64,000 nt of DNA from Thermoanaerobaculia bacterium (GTDB lineage: Bacteria; Acidobacteriota; Thermoanaerobaculia; Multivoradales; Multivoraceae), in the NCBI GenBank assembly GCA_963666565.1, contig OY762911.1:2592001-2656000 (forward strand). The letters run 5' to 3'. The position numbers and the translations under genes were made by a program. This document shows, in pieces, positions 26,327-35,536 of the stretch. Each line of letters begins with the position of its first letter. Position 1 is the stretch's first letter. The notes beneath the pieces are model-generated. The model was not told the origin of the DNA. It searched no databases and saw only the letters and a list, made by a program, of their open reading frames with translations.

Positions 26327-29209
26327 ATGAGGATGACCGCCACCGCCGGCCCGGCGTTCCGATGTGCAGCCTTGGGGTTGCTGGCCGCTCTGCCGGTCGC
26401 CGCCGGGCCGCCACCCGAGCCGCCGCCGTTCTATGCGATCGAGAACGTGCGGGTCGAGGTGGGCGACGGCACGGTCCTGGAGCGCGCGACGGTGGTCGTC
26501 GAGAACGGGACGATCACGGCGGTGGCGGAGGATGCGGCCGTTCCGGCTCATGCCTGGGTCATCGACGGCGAGGGGCTCACGGTCTATCCGGGGTTGATCG
26601 ATGCGATGGGCAGGTTGCCGCAGGCTCGTCGGCCTCCGGGCGGTCCGGGCGCGGGAGGTCCGCCGGGGGGCCAGCGGCGCCGGCCGGATCCCGAGCGGCA
26701 ACTGCCTCGCGGCCCGGAGGACCGTCCGCTGACGACCCCCTGGAAGCGGGCGGCCGACGGCCTGACGCTGGACGCGGAAGCGGTCGAGGCCTGGCGCAAG
26801 GCCGGCGTCACCTCGATCGCGGCAAGGCCCGGCGACGGCCTGTTCCCGGGGCGGCTTTCCCTGGTACGACTGGGCGCTCCCGGCCGCGATCCGGAACACC
26901 AGGTGGTAGCGCCCGAGCTGGCCCAGGTGGCCTCCCTGAGTAGCGGCGGCGGCTTCGGTTCCTACCCCGGCGCGCTGATGGGCAGGGTCGCCTACTTCCG
27001 GCAACTGCTCCTGGACGCGGCTCACTACGCCGCCGCGATTGCCGCTTACGAGGCCGATCCCGCCGGCTGGCGGCGGCCCGAGTTCGACCGCACCCTGGCG
27101 CCCCTGGCGGCCGTCGCCTCGGGGGAGGAACGGATCCTCCTGCCGGGATCGAGTGCGGTCGAGATCGCCCGGGCGCTCCGGCTCGGCGAGGAACTCGGTC
27201 TCGACTTCTCGATCTACGGCGGCCAGGAGGGATACCGGCTGGCCGGCGAACTGGCGGATGCCGGCGTGGCGGTGCTCGCGTTTGTGGACTGGCCCGAGCC
27301 GCTGCCCGAGCGCGACCGCGATCCGGATGCCGACCGGCCGCTTCGCGAGATCCTTCACGAGCGGCTGGCGCCGACGACGCCGGTCGAACTGGCCGAGGCG
27401 GGGGTGCCGTTCGCTCTCGGTTCCGGCGACGCCGGCGGTGCGGACGACTTCCTGGCCGGCGTGCGCCGAGCGATCGAGGGCGGCCTCGAACCGGCGCGGG
27501 CGCTTCAGGCGCTCACCCGGGACGCGGCGGCGATCCACGGCCTGGACGACCGGATCGGCACGGTGGCCGCGGGAATGGCGGCCGACCTCGTGCTGGCCGA
27601 CGGCTACCCGTGGAGTGAGTCGAGCCGCGTCGAGGCGGTGTTCATCGACGGCGTCCGGTACGCCGTCTCCGACGGCGACGAGGCCGGAGGCGACGGCGAG
27701 GACGGCGAGAGCGGCGACGGCGCCGAGGCGGGCGGCGAGGGCGCTCGGGAAGCCGAAGCGGCCGAGGAACCGGACGAGGCCCGGCCGCGTGGACGGCGCG
27801 GCCCTGGCGGCCCCGGGGGCCGCGGCGGTTCGACCGAAGCGCCCGTGCCGATGCGGCTGGCCGAGGTCGCCGAGAGGTACGCCGAGGTCGCGGGCGACGG
27901 CACGGTCCCGATGACCGGTCCCTACCGCGAGGACGACGTGCTCGCCATCGTCGGCGGCACCGTTCTGACGATGGCCGGCGAGACGATCGAGAACGGCACG
28001 GTGGTCGTGCGGGACGGCCGCATCGCCCGGGTCGGCCGCGGCAGGCCGCCCAGTGGCGCGCATGTGATCGACGCCGCGGGCGGCTACGTGACACCGGGCA
28101 TCATCGACGCGCACTCGCACATCGCGACCGCGGGGGGCGTCAACGAGGGCAGCCTGGCGGTGACCGCGATGGTGCGGATCGAGGATGTCGTCGATCCGAC
28201 CGACGTCGCGATCTACCGGGCGCTCGCAGGCGGCGTCACGACGATCAACGTGCTCCACGGCAGCGCGAATCCGATCGGCGGCCAGAACCAGGTCTTGAAG
28301 CTCCGCTGGGGGCAGGACGCCGACGGCATGCGGTTCGAAGGCGCGCCGCCGGGCATCAAGTTCGCGCTCGGCGAGAACCCGAAGCGCTCGCGGAGCTTCG
28401 GCCAGGGTCCGCGGCGCTACCCGGCGACGCGCATGGGGGTTCTCGACGTCATCCGGCAGGCGTTCACGGAGGCGGCGGAGTACCGCGATGCCTGGCGGCG
28501 GCACGAGGAAGCGGTGGCCGCCGGCGCGCGCAGCCGTCCGCCCGCGCGCGACCTGCAACACGAGGCCCTGGTCGAGATCCTGGAGGGCGAACGCCTCGTT
28601 CACGCCCACAGCTACCGGGCCGACGAGATCCTCCAGTTGCTGCGCCTCGCCGAGGAGCTCGGCTTCCGGATCGCGACGCTGCAGCACGTGCTGGAGGGCT
28701 ACCGGGTAGCCGACGAGATCGCGGCCCACGGCGCCGGCGCTTCCACCTTCTCGGACTGGTGGGCCTACAAGGTCGAGGCTTACGAGGCGATTCCCCACAA
28801 CGCGGCCCTGATGACCGAACGCGGCGTGCTGTCGTCGATCAACTCGGACGACGCGGAGGAGATGCGGCACCTGAACCACGAGGCGGCGAAGGCGGTCAGG
28901 TGGGGCGGACTCTCCGACGACGCGGCGCTCGCCCTGGTCACGATCAACCCGGCGAAGCAGTTCGGGATCGACGACCGGGTGGGCTCGATCGAGGTCGGCA
29001 AGGACGCCGATCTCGTGGTCTACGACCGGCATCCGCTGAGTTCGTACGCCGTCGTCCAGACCACCCTGGTGGACGGCAAGGTCTACTTCGACCGCGCGCT
29101 GGACCGGCTGCGGCGCGAGCGGCTGGCGGCGCTCGAACAGTCGCTGCTGGAGTCGGCGGAGGGCGACTCCGAGGACGAGGCCGCCGCCGCGGACGAGGGG
29201 GAGCGATGA
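26327..29209 (+). CDS. Amidohydrolase-family protein with two amidohydrolase domains
   Basis: Two PGxID segments (PGLIDAM, PGIIDAHSH), KFALGENP, SINSD, TINPAKQFGIDDRVGSIEVGKDADLV. Confidence 0.85.
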   Translation: MRMTATAGPAFRCAALGLLAALPVAAGPPPEPPPFYAIENVRVEVGDGTVLERATVVVENGTITAVAEDAAVPAHAWVIDGEGLTVYPGLIDAMGRLPQARRPPGGPGAGGPPGGQRRRPDPERQLPRGPEDRPLTTPWKRAADGLTLDAEAVEAWRKAGVTSIAARPGDGLFPGRLSLVRLGAPGRDPEHQVVAPELAQVASLSSGGGFGSYPGALMGRVAYFRQLLLDAAHYAAAIAAYEADPAGWRRPEFDRTLAPLAAVASGEERILLPGSSAVEIARALRLGEELGLDFSIYGGQEGYRLAGELADAGVAVLAFVDWPEPLPERDRDPDADRPLREILHERLAPTTPVELAEAGVPFALGSGDAGGADDFLAGVRRAIEGGLEPARALQALTRDAAAIHGLDDRIGTVAAGMAADLVLADGYPWSESSRVEAVFIDGVRYAVSDGDEAGGDGEDGESGDGAEAGGEGAREAEAAEEPDEARPRGRRGPGGPGGRGGSTEAPVPMRLAEVAERYAEVAGDGTVPMTGPYREDDVLAIVGGTVLTMAGETIENGTVVVRDGRIARVGRGRPPSGAHVIDAAGGYVTPGIIDAHSHIATAGGVNEGSLAVTAMVRIEDVVDPTDVAIYRALAGGVTTINVLHGSANPIGGQNQVLKLRWGQDADGMRFEGAPPGIKFALGENPKRSRSFGQGPRRYPATRMGVLDVIRQAFTEAAEYRDAWRRHEEAVAAGARSRPPARDLQHEALVEILEGERLVHAHSYRADEILQLLRLAEELGFRIATLQHVLEGYRVADEIAAHGAGASTFSDWWAYKVEAYEAIPHNAALMTERGVLSSINSDDAEEMRHLNHEAAKAVRWGGLSDDAALALVTINPAKQFGIDDRVGSIEVGKDADLVVYDRHPLSSYAVVQTTLVDGKVYFDRALDRLRRERLAALEQSLLESAEGDSEDEAAAADEGER

Positions 29210-30543
29210 GCGGCATCGACGTCCGACCGGCCCCGCGGCGCCTCGGGCGGTTCCCGGGCGCGCTCGCGGCGGGCCTCGCGCTCCTCCTCGCCGTGGTGCT
29301 CGCCGCCGCGCCCGCCGCGGCGCAGACGCTGGCGATCGAGGGCGGCACGGTTCACCCGGTCTCCGGGGCCTCCTTCGCCGGTACGGTCGTGGTGCGGAAC
29401 GGCCTGATCGAGGCGGCGGGCGCGGACGTCGCGACGCCGGAAGGCGCCGAGACGATCGACGCGACCGGTCTGCACGTCTACCCCGGTCTCTTCAACGCCT
29501 TCACTTCGGTGGGCCTCGACGAGATCGGCTCGGTCGCCGCCACCCAGGACGCGAACGAACTGGGCGACACGCCGCACCTGCTGGCGGTCGAGGCGATCCA
29601 CCCGGCGAGCGAGATCGTTCCGGTCACCCGGGAGACCGGGATCACGCACGTCCTGTCCGCCCCCGGCGGCGGCCCCTGGGCGGGTCAGGCGTCGGCGATC
29701 CTCCTGGACGGCTGGACGGTGGAGGAGATGACGGTCGAGAGGAGCGTGGGCGTGGTGCTGGAGTGGCCGAGCCTCGACACCCGCGAGTTCGACTTCTCGA
29801 CCTTCAGCGTGCGCGAGAGGAAGTTCTCCGAGGCGAAGAAGGAGTACGACCGGACGGTCGGCGAACTCGGCGACTGGATCGAGGCGGCACGCCAGTACGA
29901 CCATGCGCGCTCGAACGCCGGTTCCGCGGCGGCGGTGGAGCAGGACCACGCGCTCGAGGCCGTTGCGCGCGTGGCGCGCGGCGAACTGCCGCTGCTGGTC
30001 GTCGCGGACCGGGCCCGGGCCATTCGCGACGCCGTCGCGTTCGCGAACGAACACGGTCTGCGGCTCGTGCTGGCCTCGGGACGCGACGCGGCGAAGGAGG
30101 CGGACCTGCTGGCCGGGAAGGGCGTGCCGGTCATCCTGGGCGCGGTGCAGGCGTTGCCGGTTCAGGAAGACGATCCTTACGACGGCCCCTTCACGGCGCC
30201 GGGCGAGCTCCAACGCGCCGGCGTACCGATCGCGTTCGGAACCTTCGACGCGTCGAGCGCCCGCGTTCTTCCGTACGAGGCGGCCACCGCCGTGGCTTTC
30301 GGCCTCGAACCCGAAGCCGCGCTCCGCGCCCTGACCCTCGGCGCGGCGGAGATCCTCGGCCTGGACGATCGGCTGGGTTCCATCGAACCGGGCAAGTGGG
30401 CGAACCTGATCGTCACGGACGGCGATCCGCTGGAAGTCCGGACCGCGGTGCGGCGCCTGATCGTCCGCGGCCGCGACGTCGACCTCTCGAACCGGCACAG
30501 CCGCTCCTACGAGCTGTACCGGCGGCGTCCGGCGCCTCCGTAG
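29206..30543 (+). CDS. Amidohydrolase-family protein (metal ligands degenerate)
   Basis: ATGA overlap at 29206; YPGLFNA; LGLDDRLGSIEPGKWANLIVTDGDPL. Confidence 0.85.
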   Translation: MSGIDVRPAPRRLGRFPGALAAGLALLLAVVLAAAPAAAQTLAIEGGTVHPVSGASFAGTVVVRNGLIEAAGADVATPEGAETIDATGLHVYPGLFNAFTSVGLDEIGSVAATQDANELGDTPHLLAVEAIHPASEIVPVTRETGITHVLSAPGGGPWAGQASAILLDGWTVEEMTVERSVGVVLEWPSLDTREFDFSTFSVRERKFSEAKKEYDRTVGELGDWIEAARQYDHARSNAGSAAAVEQDHALEAVARVARGELPLLVVADRARAIRDAVAFANEHGLRLVLASGRDAAKEADLLAGKGVPVILGAVQALPVQEDDPYDGPFTAPGELQRAGVPIAFGTFDASSARVLPYEAATAVAFGLEPEAALRALTLGAAEILGLDDRLGSIEPGKWANLIVTDGDPLEVRTAVRRLIVRGRDVDLSNRHSRSYELYRRRPAPP

Positions 30544-30591
30544 CCGTCCTCGCGGCCCGGCCTCGGGCGGCTCGGGGCCCGCCGGGCGGGC

Positions 30592-31137
30592 CTACGGCTC
30601 CGGGCTCGACTCCGCCTGCCGTTCCTGCGCCTGGAGCATCTCGACGACGCGCTGGGTCAGGTCGACCCGGGCGCTGGCGTGGAGCACGCCGCCGATGCTG
30701 GCGTTCAGGATCAGGTCGTAGCCGTTCTCGTCGATCAGTTGCTGAACGATCGGCCGGAGGCGCTCGTTGATTTCCTGCAGCGTCTCTTCCTGCCGCTTCG
30801 CCGCGCGGCGCTCGACGTCGTTGGCGAGGCGCTGGGATTCGCGCTGCAGATCCTCGATCTGGTGCTGGATGCCTCGCAGTTCGTCCGGTCCCTTGCCGGC
30901 CGCGTTCTGGCGCAGCGCTTCGACCCGGCTGGCGTTGGCTTCCAGGGCGGTCCGGGTCTCCGTTTCGATCTGCTGAAGGAACTCCGCGAGCTCCCTGCCC
31001 TCGCGCGCTTCGGCGACCACCAGTTCGACGTTGATCACGGCGACGCGGGCGGTCTCCTGGGCCGGGAGCGCCGGCGACCCGAGGACGGACAGCAGGACGG
31101 CAAGCGAGCAGACAGCGAGAACGCGGCGGCTGGTCAT
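30592..31137 (-). CDS. OmpH/Skp periplasmic chaperone
   Basis: Signal peptide, RVAVINVE, coiled coil, GYDLIL...DLTQRVV. Confidence 0.85.
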   Translation of the reverse strand: MTSRRVLAVCSLAVLLSVLGSPALPAQETARVAVINVELVVAEAREGRELAEFLQQIETETRTALEANASRVEALRQNAAGKGPDELRGIQHQIEDLQRESQRLANDVERRAAKRQEETLQEINERLRPIVQQLIDENGYDLILNASIGGVLHASARVDLTQRVVEMLQAQERQAESSPEP

Positions 31138-31475
31138 GTGGTCTCTCCACCGGGCGTGTAGATCGGCATCGGGAACGGCGTTACCTTCCGGCTCTCGCGG
31201 CGTTCGACATCGCGGATCCGGGCCGTCCCCCGCTTCGTGACCTGGTCGATGCGCAGCACCGAGTGCATCGGCAGGTAGGTCCGCTCGACGCCCTTGAACT
31301 CGCGTTGCAGCCGTTCCTCGGAGGGGTCGACGACGACCTGGGTCCTCTCCCCGAACACGAGCTCGCCGATCTCGACGAAGCCCAGCAGGCCGCCCTGGGA
31401 GACCGAGCGGGCGTAGACCTCGTAGATCTCGCCCTGGCTCAGGAAGGTCACCCGGTAGATCAGGTCGTCGGACAT
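31134..31475 (-). CDS. DUF1820 family protein
   Basis: IYRVTFLSQGEIYEVYA...VVDPSEERL..EF.GV...LPMHSVLRID. Confidence 0.8.
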   Translation of the reverse strand: MSDDLIYRVTFLSQGEIYEVYARSVSQGGLLGFVEIGELVFGERTQVVVDPSEERLQREFKGVERTYLPMHSVLRIDQVTKRGTARIRDVERRESRKVTPFPMPIYTPGGETT

Positions 31476-31478
31476 GCG

Positions 31479-32885
31479 CTACTTCGGTTGCTGGAGTTTG
31501 GCGAAGGCCGCGGCCATGACGTTCAGCCCCGTCGACTGCTTCTGTCGCTGCCGGTACTTCTTGTAGTCCGTCTTCGTGCCCACGAGCTGCGATCCGGGCG
31601 GCGCCAGTCCCAGGCGGCGCCGCTTCCGGTCGATGCTCTCGATCACGACCTTGACCTCCCGGCCGGGCGGGTAGGCGCGCCGGGCCTGGTTGCCCTCCGG
31701 CAGGGTCACGGCGGACATCGGCAGCAGGCCGGTGAGGCCGGGCTCGAGTTCGACGAAGATGCCGAACCGCGACACCTGCTCGACCTTCCCCTCGACCTCG
31801 GCGCCCTCGACGTACTGCTTGCCCAGGTTCTTCCAGGGGTCGCTCGCCGGCACCTCGCGCAGCGAGAGGGCGAGCCGGCGGCGCCTGGGAGCGACCTCGA
31901 CCACCCAGCCTTCGACTTCCTCGCCGGTGGCGAACGAGGGATGGCTCATCGACTTGCCGATGGGGAGCTGGGAGGTGTGGATCAGGCCGTCGAGGCCGGG
32001 CGCCAACTCGACGAAGAGGCCGAACTCGCTGTGCCGGACCACCTTCCCCTTGAACCGGTCGCCGGCGCTGAACTTCTTCGCGGTCTCTTTCCACGGATCC
32101 GCCTCGAGCGCCTTCATCGACAGCGAGATGCGGGCGCTCCGCTTGCCGTTCTTCTTCTCGACCTTGGTGACCAGGGCTTCGACCCGTTGGCCGACCTTCA
32201 GGAGGTCGGCGGGCTCGCCGCTCCGGGTGCGGCTGATCTGGGTGCGGTGGACCAGGCCGCCGATGCCGCCCCCCAGGTCGACGAACGCGCCGAACTCGGT
32301 GACCGACGTCACCTTGCCGCTCACCGGCTCCCGGGACCCTTTCTTGGCACGGATCTCGTCCAGCGCGCGGCGCCGCTCGTTGCGGATCGCCGGCCGCCGG
32401 GTGAGCACGATCCGGCGCCCCGCCTCCTTGATCTCGAGGACGTGGAACTCGTACGTGTTGTTGACGTACTGGGAGGGAGACTTCGGCCGGTTGCCCAGCT
32501 CCATGAGGGACCGCGGACAGAATGCCGTGACGCCGTCGCAGGCGATGTGGAAGCCGCCCTTGTTCCAGCCGATGACCTTGCCCTCGACGGGGTTCTTCGC
32601 CTTGAGCGCCGCCGCGAAGGGGAGAGCCGAGGCGGCCAGCGGCGGCGCCTCGACGGCCGGTTCTTCCTCCGTTTCGGCGGCCGCGGCGACTTCGGGCTCG
32701 GGTCCGGCGTGATCGTCTTCAGGCGGCGTCTCCTCCGGTGCTTCCGCCGCGGGCACGGCTTCGGCTTCGGTCGCCGCGGCCTCGCCGGCAGCCGCCTCCG
32801 CGAGCGTCGGCTCGGGCGCCTGTTCGGACGGAACGTCGCTCTCCGCGGCCTCCTGAGCGAGCGCTTGATCGTTCGTCTCAGTCAT
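31479..32885 (-). CDS. S1 RNA-binding multi-domain protein (RpsA-like, 4 S1 repeats)
   Basis: Repeated FGxFVxL..G..GL.H.S and ISLSxK/DPW motifs; acidic N-terminal extension. Confidence 0.85.
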   Translation of the reverse strand: MTETNDQALAQEAAESDVPSEQAPEPTLAEAAAGEAAATEAEAVPAAEAPEETPPEDDHAGPEPEVAAAAETEEEPAVEAPPLAASALPFAAALKAKNPVEGKVIGWNKGGFHIACDGVTAFCPRSLMELGNRPKSPSQYVNNTYEFHVLEIKEAGRRIVLTRRPAIRNERRRALDEIRAKKGSREPVSGKVTSVTEFGAFVDLGGGIGGLVHRTQISRTRSGEPADLLKVGQRVEALVTKVEKKNGKRSARISLSMKALEADPWKETAKKFSAGDRFKGKVVRHSEFGLFVELAPGLDGLIHTSQLPIGKSMSHPSFATGEEVEGWVVEVAPRRRRLALSLREVPASDPWKNLGKQYVEGAEVEGKVEQVSRFGIFVELEPGLTGLLPMSAVTLPEGNQARRAYPPGREVKVVIESIDRKRRRLGLAPPGSQLVGTKTDYKKYRQRQKQSTGLNVMAAAFAKLQQPK

Positions 32886-32974
32886 GGTGAGGAGGGGGAG
32901 AGAGGGACGCGGCTTCGGGGCGCGCCGGCGTCGTCGTTCGCCGGAGCGGGATTGTAGCACCGCGGGCAAGGAGA

Positions 32975-33000
32975 AAGGGCCCTGCCGAGGCAGGGCCCTT
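32975..33000 (-). terminator. Intrinsic terminator downstream of hsp20
   Basis: Perfect hairpin AAGGGCCCTGC-cgag-GCAGGGCCCTT, 25 nt after the hsp20 stop, followed by pyrimidines on the minus strand. Confidence 0.7.
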
Positions 33001-33025
33001 GGTTGGTCCGAGTTGAAGCGCCGGT

Positions 33026-33493
33026 TCAGGCGATGTCGATCTTCCTCGCCTTCGCCTCCTCGGCCTTCGGGATGACGACGCTCAGCACCCCGTTCTCGAA
33101 CTCGGCGCTCACCGCCGACACGTCGACGTCGTTCGGCAGCTCGAAGCGCCGAACGAAGCGGCCGTACACGCGCTCGACCCGGTCGGTCGTCGCGCCCTGG
33201 TGGCCTGCCTTGCGCTCGCCCGAGAGGGTGAGGGTCCGGTCCTCGACCGTGACGTCGATGTCGGCCTTCGTCAGGCCCGGCAGATCGACGGCCAGGGTGT
33301 AGGCGTCGTCCGTCTGGACGAGGTCCGCGGCGGGCCACCAGGCGACGGCGGCGGACTCGGCCCCGTCGTGTCCGGCGAACCGGTTCACGACGGGCGAGAA
33401 GAAGTCGTCGAGCATCGCCTTGCCGAAGAGCGGCTCGAAGGCCCCGATCAGGGGCCGGCGGAACGGAGCGTGTCGAATCAGGCTACGGGTCAT
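33026..33493 (-). CDS. Hsp20/alpha-crystallin small heat-shock protein
   Basis: DLPG...LTLSGER...ERVYGRFVRRFELP...AEFENGVL.V.IPK; AAGGAGG RBS. Confidence 0.92.
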   Translation of the reverse strand: MTRSLIRHAPFRRPLIGAFEPLFGKAMLDDFFSPVVNRFAGHDGAESAAVAWWPAADLVQTDDAYTLAVDLPGLTKADIDVTVEDRTLTLSGERKAGHQGATTDRVERVYGRFVRRFELPNDVDVSAVSAEFENGVLSVVIPKAEEAKARKIDIA

Positions 33494-33567
33494 CGTGTTG
33501 TCCCTCCTTGGGTTGGTTCCTTCGATTCAGCGCCGGCTTCCGGGAGTTCTTCCGCCGACGGCCCAGG

Positions 33568-33596
33568 ATTATGAGTCCAGTACAGGCAGATGTCAA
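33568..33596 (-). promoter_or_regulatory. Near-consensus sigma70 promoter for hsp20
   Basis: Minus strand TTGACA - 17 nt - CATAAT in an AT-rich patch. Confidence 0.75.
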
Positions 33597-33684
33597 GTAT
33601 CTTATGAAGATCAAATCAGATTCATGCCCTGCGGGGTTCCCCATGCCCCTTTGCTCGCCCGCAACCGCCCCCCTCTTCCTCCGT

Positions 33685-33715
33685 GAGGGCGAGCGTCCCC
33701 TGGGACCCTCTTCCC
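33685..33715. repeat. Dispersed intergenic repeat copy
   Basis: 33685-33705 GAGGGCGAGCGTCCCCTGGGA is the exact reverse complement of 52057-52077. Confidence 0.7.
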
Positions 33716-33741
33716 GGACCCGTGCCGGCGGGTGCCCGTCT

Positions 33742-34518
33742 CTAGTTCGGCAGCGTGACGCCCGTGACGGCGCCCAGCGTGGGCCCGATCTCGGCGTGGA
33801 GGACGAGGTCGGCGATGCCGTCGAGGTCGGTGGCTTCGCGGTTCAGGATGACGAGCCTGGCGCCGGCCTGCTTGGCCAGGGCGGGGAAGCCGGCCGCCGG
33901 GTAGACGACGAGGGAGCTGCCGATCGCGAGGAAGAGGTCGGCGGCGAGCGTCGCTTCGTGGGCGCGCCGCATCGCCTCCTCGGGCATCGCTTGGCCGAAC
34001 GAGATCGTCGCCGTCTTGACGATGCCGCCGCAGGCGTCGCCGGCCAGGTTCTCCCGCGTGCAGACGGGCAGTTCCTCCCGCTCCTTGAAGGCGGCGACGA
34101 TCGGCGCCAGCTCGTAGCGCTGCCGGCACTCGAGGCACGCCGCGTAGGTCGCGTTGCCGTGAAGTTCGACGATGTCGTCGTCCGGGATGCCCGACTCCTG
34201 GTGCAGGCCGTCCACGTTCTGCGTGATCACGGCCAGCAGCTTGCCCCGGCGCCGCAGTTCGGCCAGAGCCAGGTGCCCGCGGTTGGGCTTCGCGTGGCCG
34301 ATCGTGCGGTCGCTGCCGATCTTGCGCCGCCAGGACTCGCGCCGCGCCTCTTCCGAGGCCATGAACTCGCTGAAGTCGATCGGCCGGTACTTCGTCCAGA
34401 TCCCGCCCGGGCTACGGAAGTCCGGGATGCCGGATTCGGTGCTGATACCCGCGCCCGTGAAGGCGACGATCCGGGACGCTTCTTCGATCAGACGTTCGAG
34501 ATCCTGCGGTTGGCTCAT
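33742..34518 (-). CDS. Sir2-family NAD-dependent protein deacylase
   Basis: GAGISTESGIPDFRS, TQNVDGLH, ELHG, Zn-binding Cys, GSSLVVYPAA. Confidence 0.93.
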   Translation of the reverse strand: MSQPQDLERLIEEASRIVAFTGAGISTESGIPDFRSPGGIWTKYRPIDFSEFMASEEARRESWRRKIGSDRTIGHAKPNRGHLALAELRRRGKLLAVITQNVDGLHQESGIPDDDIVELHGNATYAACLECRQRYELAPIVAAFKEREELPVCTRENLAGDACGGIVKTATISFGQAMPEEAMRRAHEATLAADLFLAIGSSLVVYPAAGFPALAKQAGARLVILNREATDLDGIADLVLHAEIGPTLGAVTGVTLPN

Positions 34519-34669
34519 GCGTGTCTCCAGGTTCTTCGGCCTCGTCCCGGCGAGTCTACGGGCAGCTCTCTACCGACCGGTCGGTCTGTTACACTGCGCT
34601 CCGCTCGGAACGAGTCAAACCGCAATCAAGCTGGATGGAACCGGCCACGCCGGAGGATAGAGGGTCTGC

Positions 34670-35500
34670 ATGTCTTTCCACGCCTTTACAGGGACCGACA
34701 CCTACCTTGCATCGCCCGAGCTGAGGGACTCGGTGAACGTCGCCTCGGCTCTCGAGAAGCCGCTCCTCGTGCGGGGCGAGCCCGGCACCGGCAAGACGGT
34801 GCTCGCCGAGGCGATCGCCGAGAACCTGGTCATGGAGCTCCTGACCTGGAACATCAAGTCGACCAGCAAGGCCCAGGAGGGCCTCTACGTGTACGACACG
34901 GTGCAGCGGCTGAACGACGCCCGCTTCGGCGACCGGGACATCACCGACATCTCGCAGTACATCAAGTACGGACCCCTCGGCGAGTCCTTCCTGAAGGACC
35001 AGCGGGTGGTTCTGCTGATCGACGAGATCGACAAGGCGGACATGGAGTTCCCGAACGACCTGCTGCACGAGCTGGACCGGATGAGCTTCTTCGTCCACGA
35101 GACGGGCGAGCAGCACGCGGCGAGGTTCCGCCCGATCGTCGTCATCACCTCGAACAACGAGAAGGAACTGCCGGACGCCTTCCTGCGCCGCTGCGTGTTC
35201 CACTACATCGCCTTCCCGGACAAGGCGGAGATGGAGGACATCATCCGCGTCCACCATCCGGACGTCGAGGCCGAGCTGCTGCGCCAGGTCCTGCTGCGGT
35301 TCTACTGGCTCCGCGATCTGCCGGAGCTGCGCAAGAAGCCGTCGACGAGCGAGCTGATCGACTGGATCGCGGCGCTGCGGCGCGGCGGCGTGAGCACGGA
35401 GTCGATCGAGAGTGAGCTACCCTTCCTGGGCGTCCTGATGAAGCGGGAGAACGACCTGGAGGCGGTCATGGCGGCTCATCGCCGCGGCCGGGTCAACTGA
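34670..35500 (+). CDS. MoxR-family AAA+ ATPase (CoxD-like)
   Basis: GEPGTGKT, LLIDEIDKAD, TSNNEKELPDAFLRRC. Confidence 0.92.
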   Translation: MSFHAFTGTDTYLASPELRDSVNVASALEKPLLVRGEPGTGKTVLAEAIAENLVMELLTWNIKSTSKAQEGLYVYDTVQRLNDARFGDRDITDISQYIKYGPLGESFLKDQRVVLLIDEIDKADMEFPNDLLHELDRMSFFVHETGEQHAARFRPIVVITSNNEKELPDAFLRRCVFHYIAFPDKAEMEDIIRVHHPDVEAELLRQVLLRFYWLRDLPELRKKPSTSELIDWIAALRRGGVSTESIESELPFLGVLMKRENDLEAVMAAHRRGRVN

Positions 35501-35536
35501 TCCCGGCGCCCTGACGCTCGCCCGCGGCCCGAACCG

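Noticed and set aside
33742-34518. Sirtuin as an antiphage SIR2 NADase
   Set aside because: Canonical Zn-binding CobB-like deacylase in a housekeeping context, far from the island
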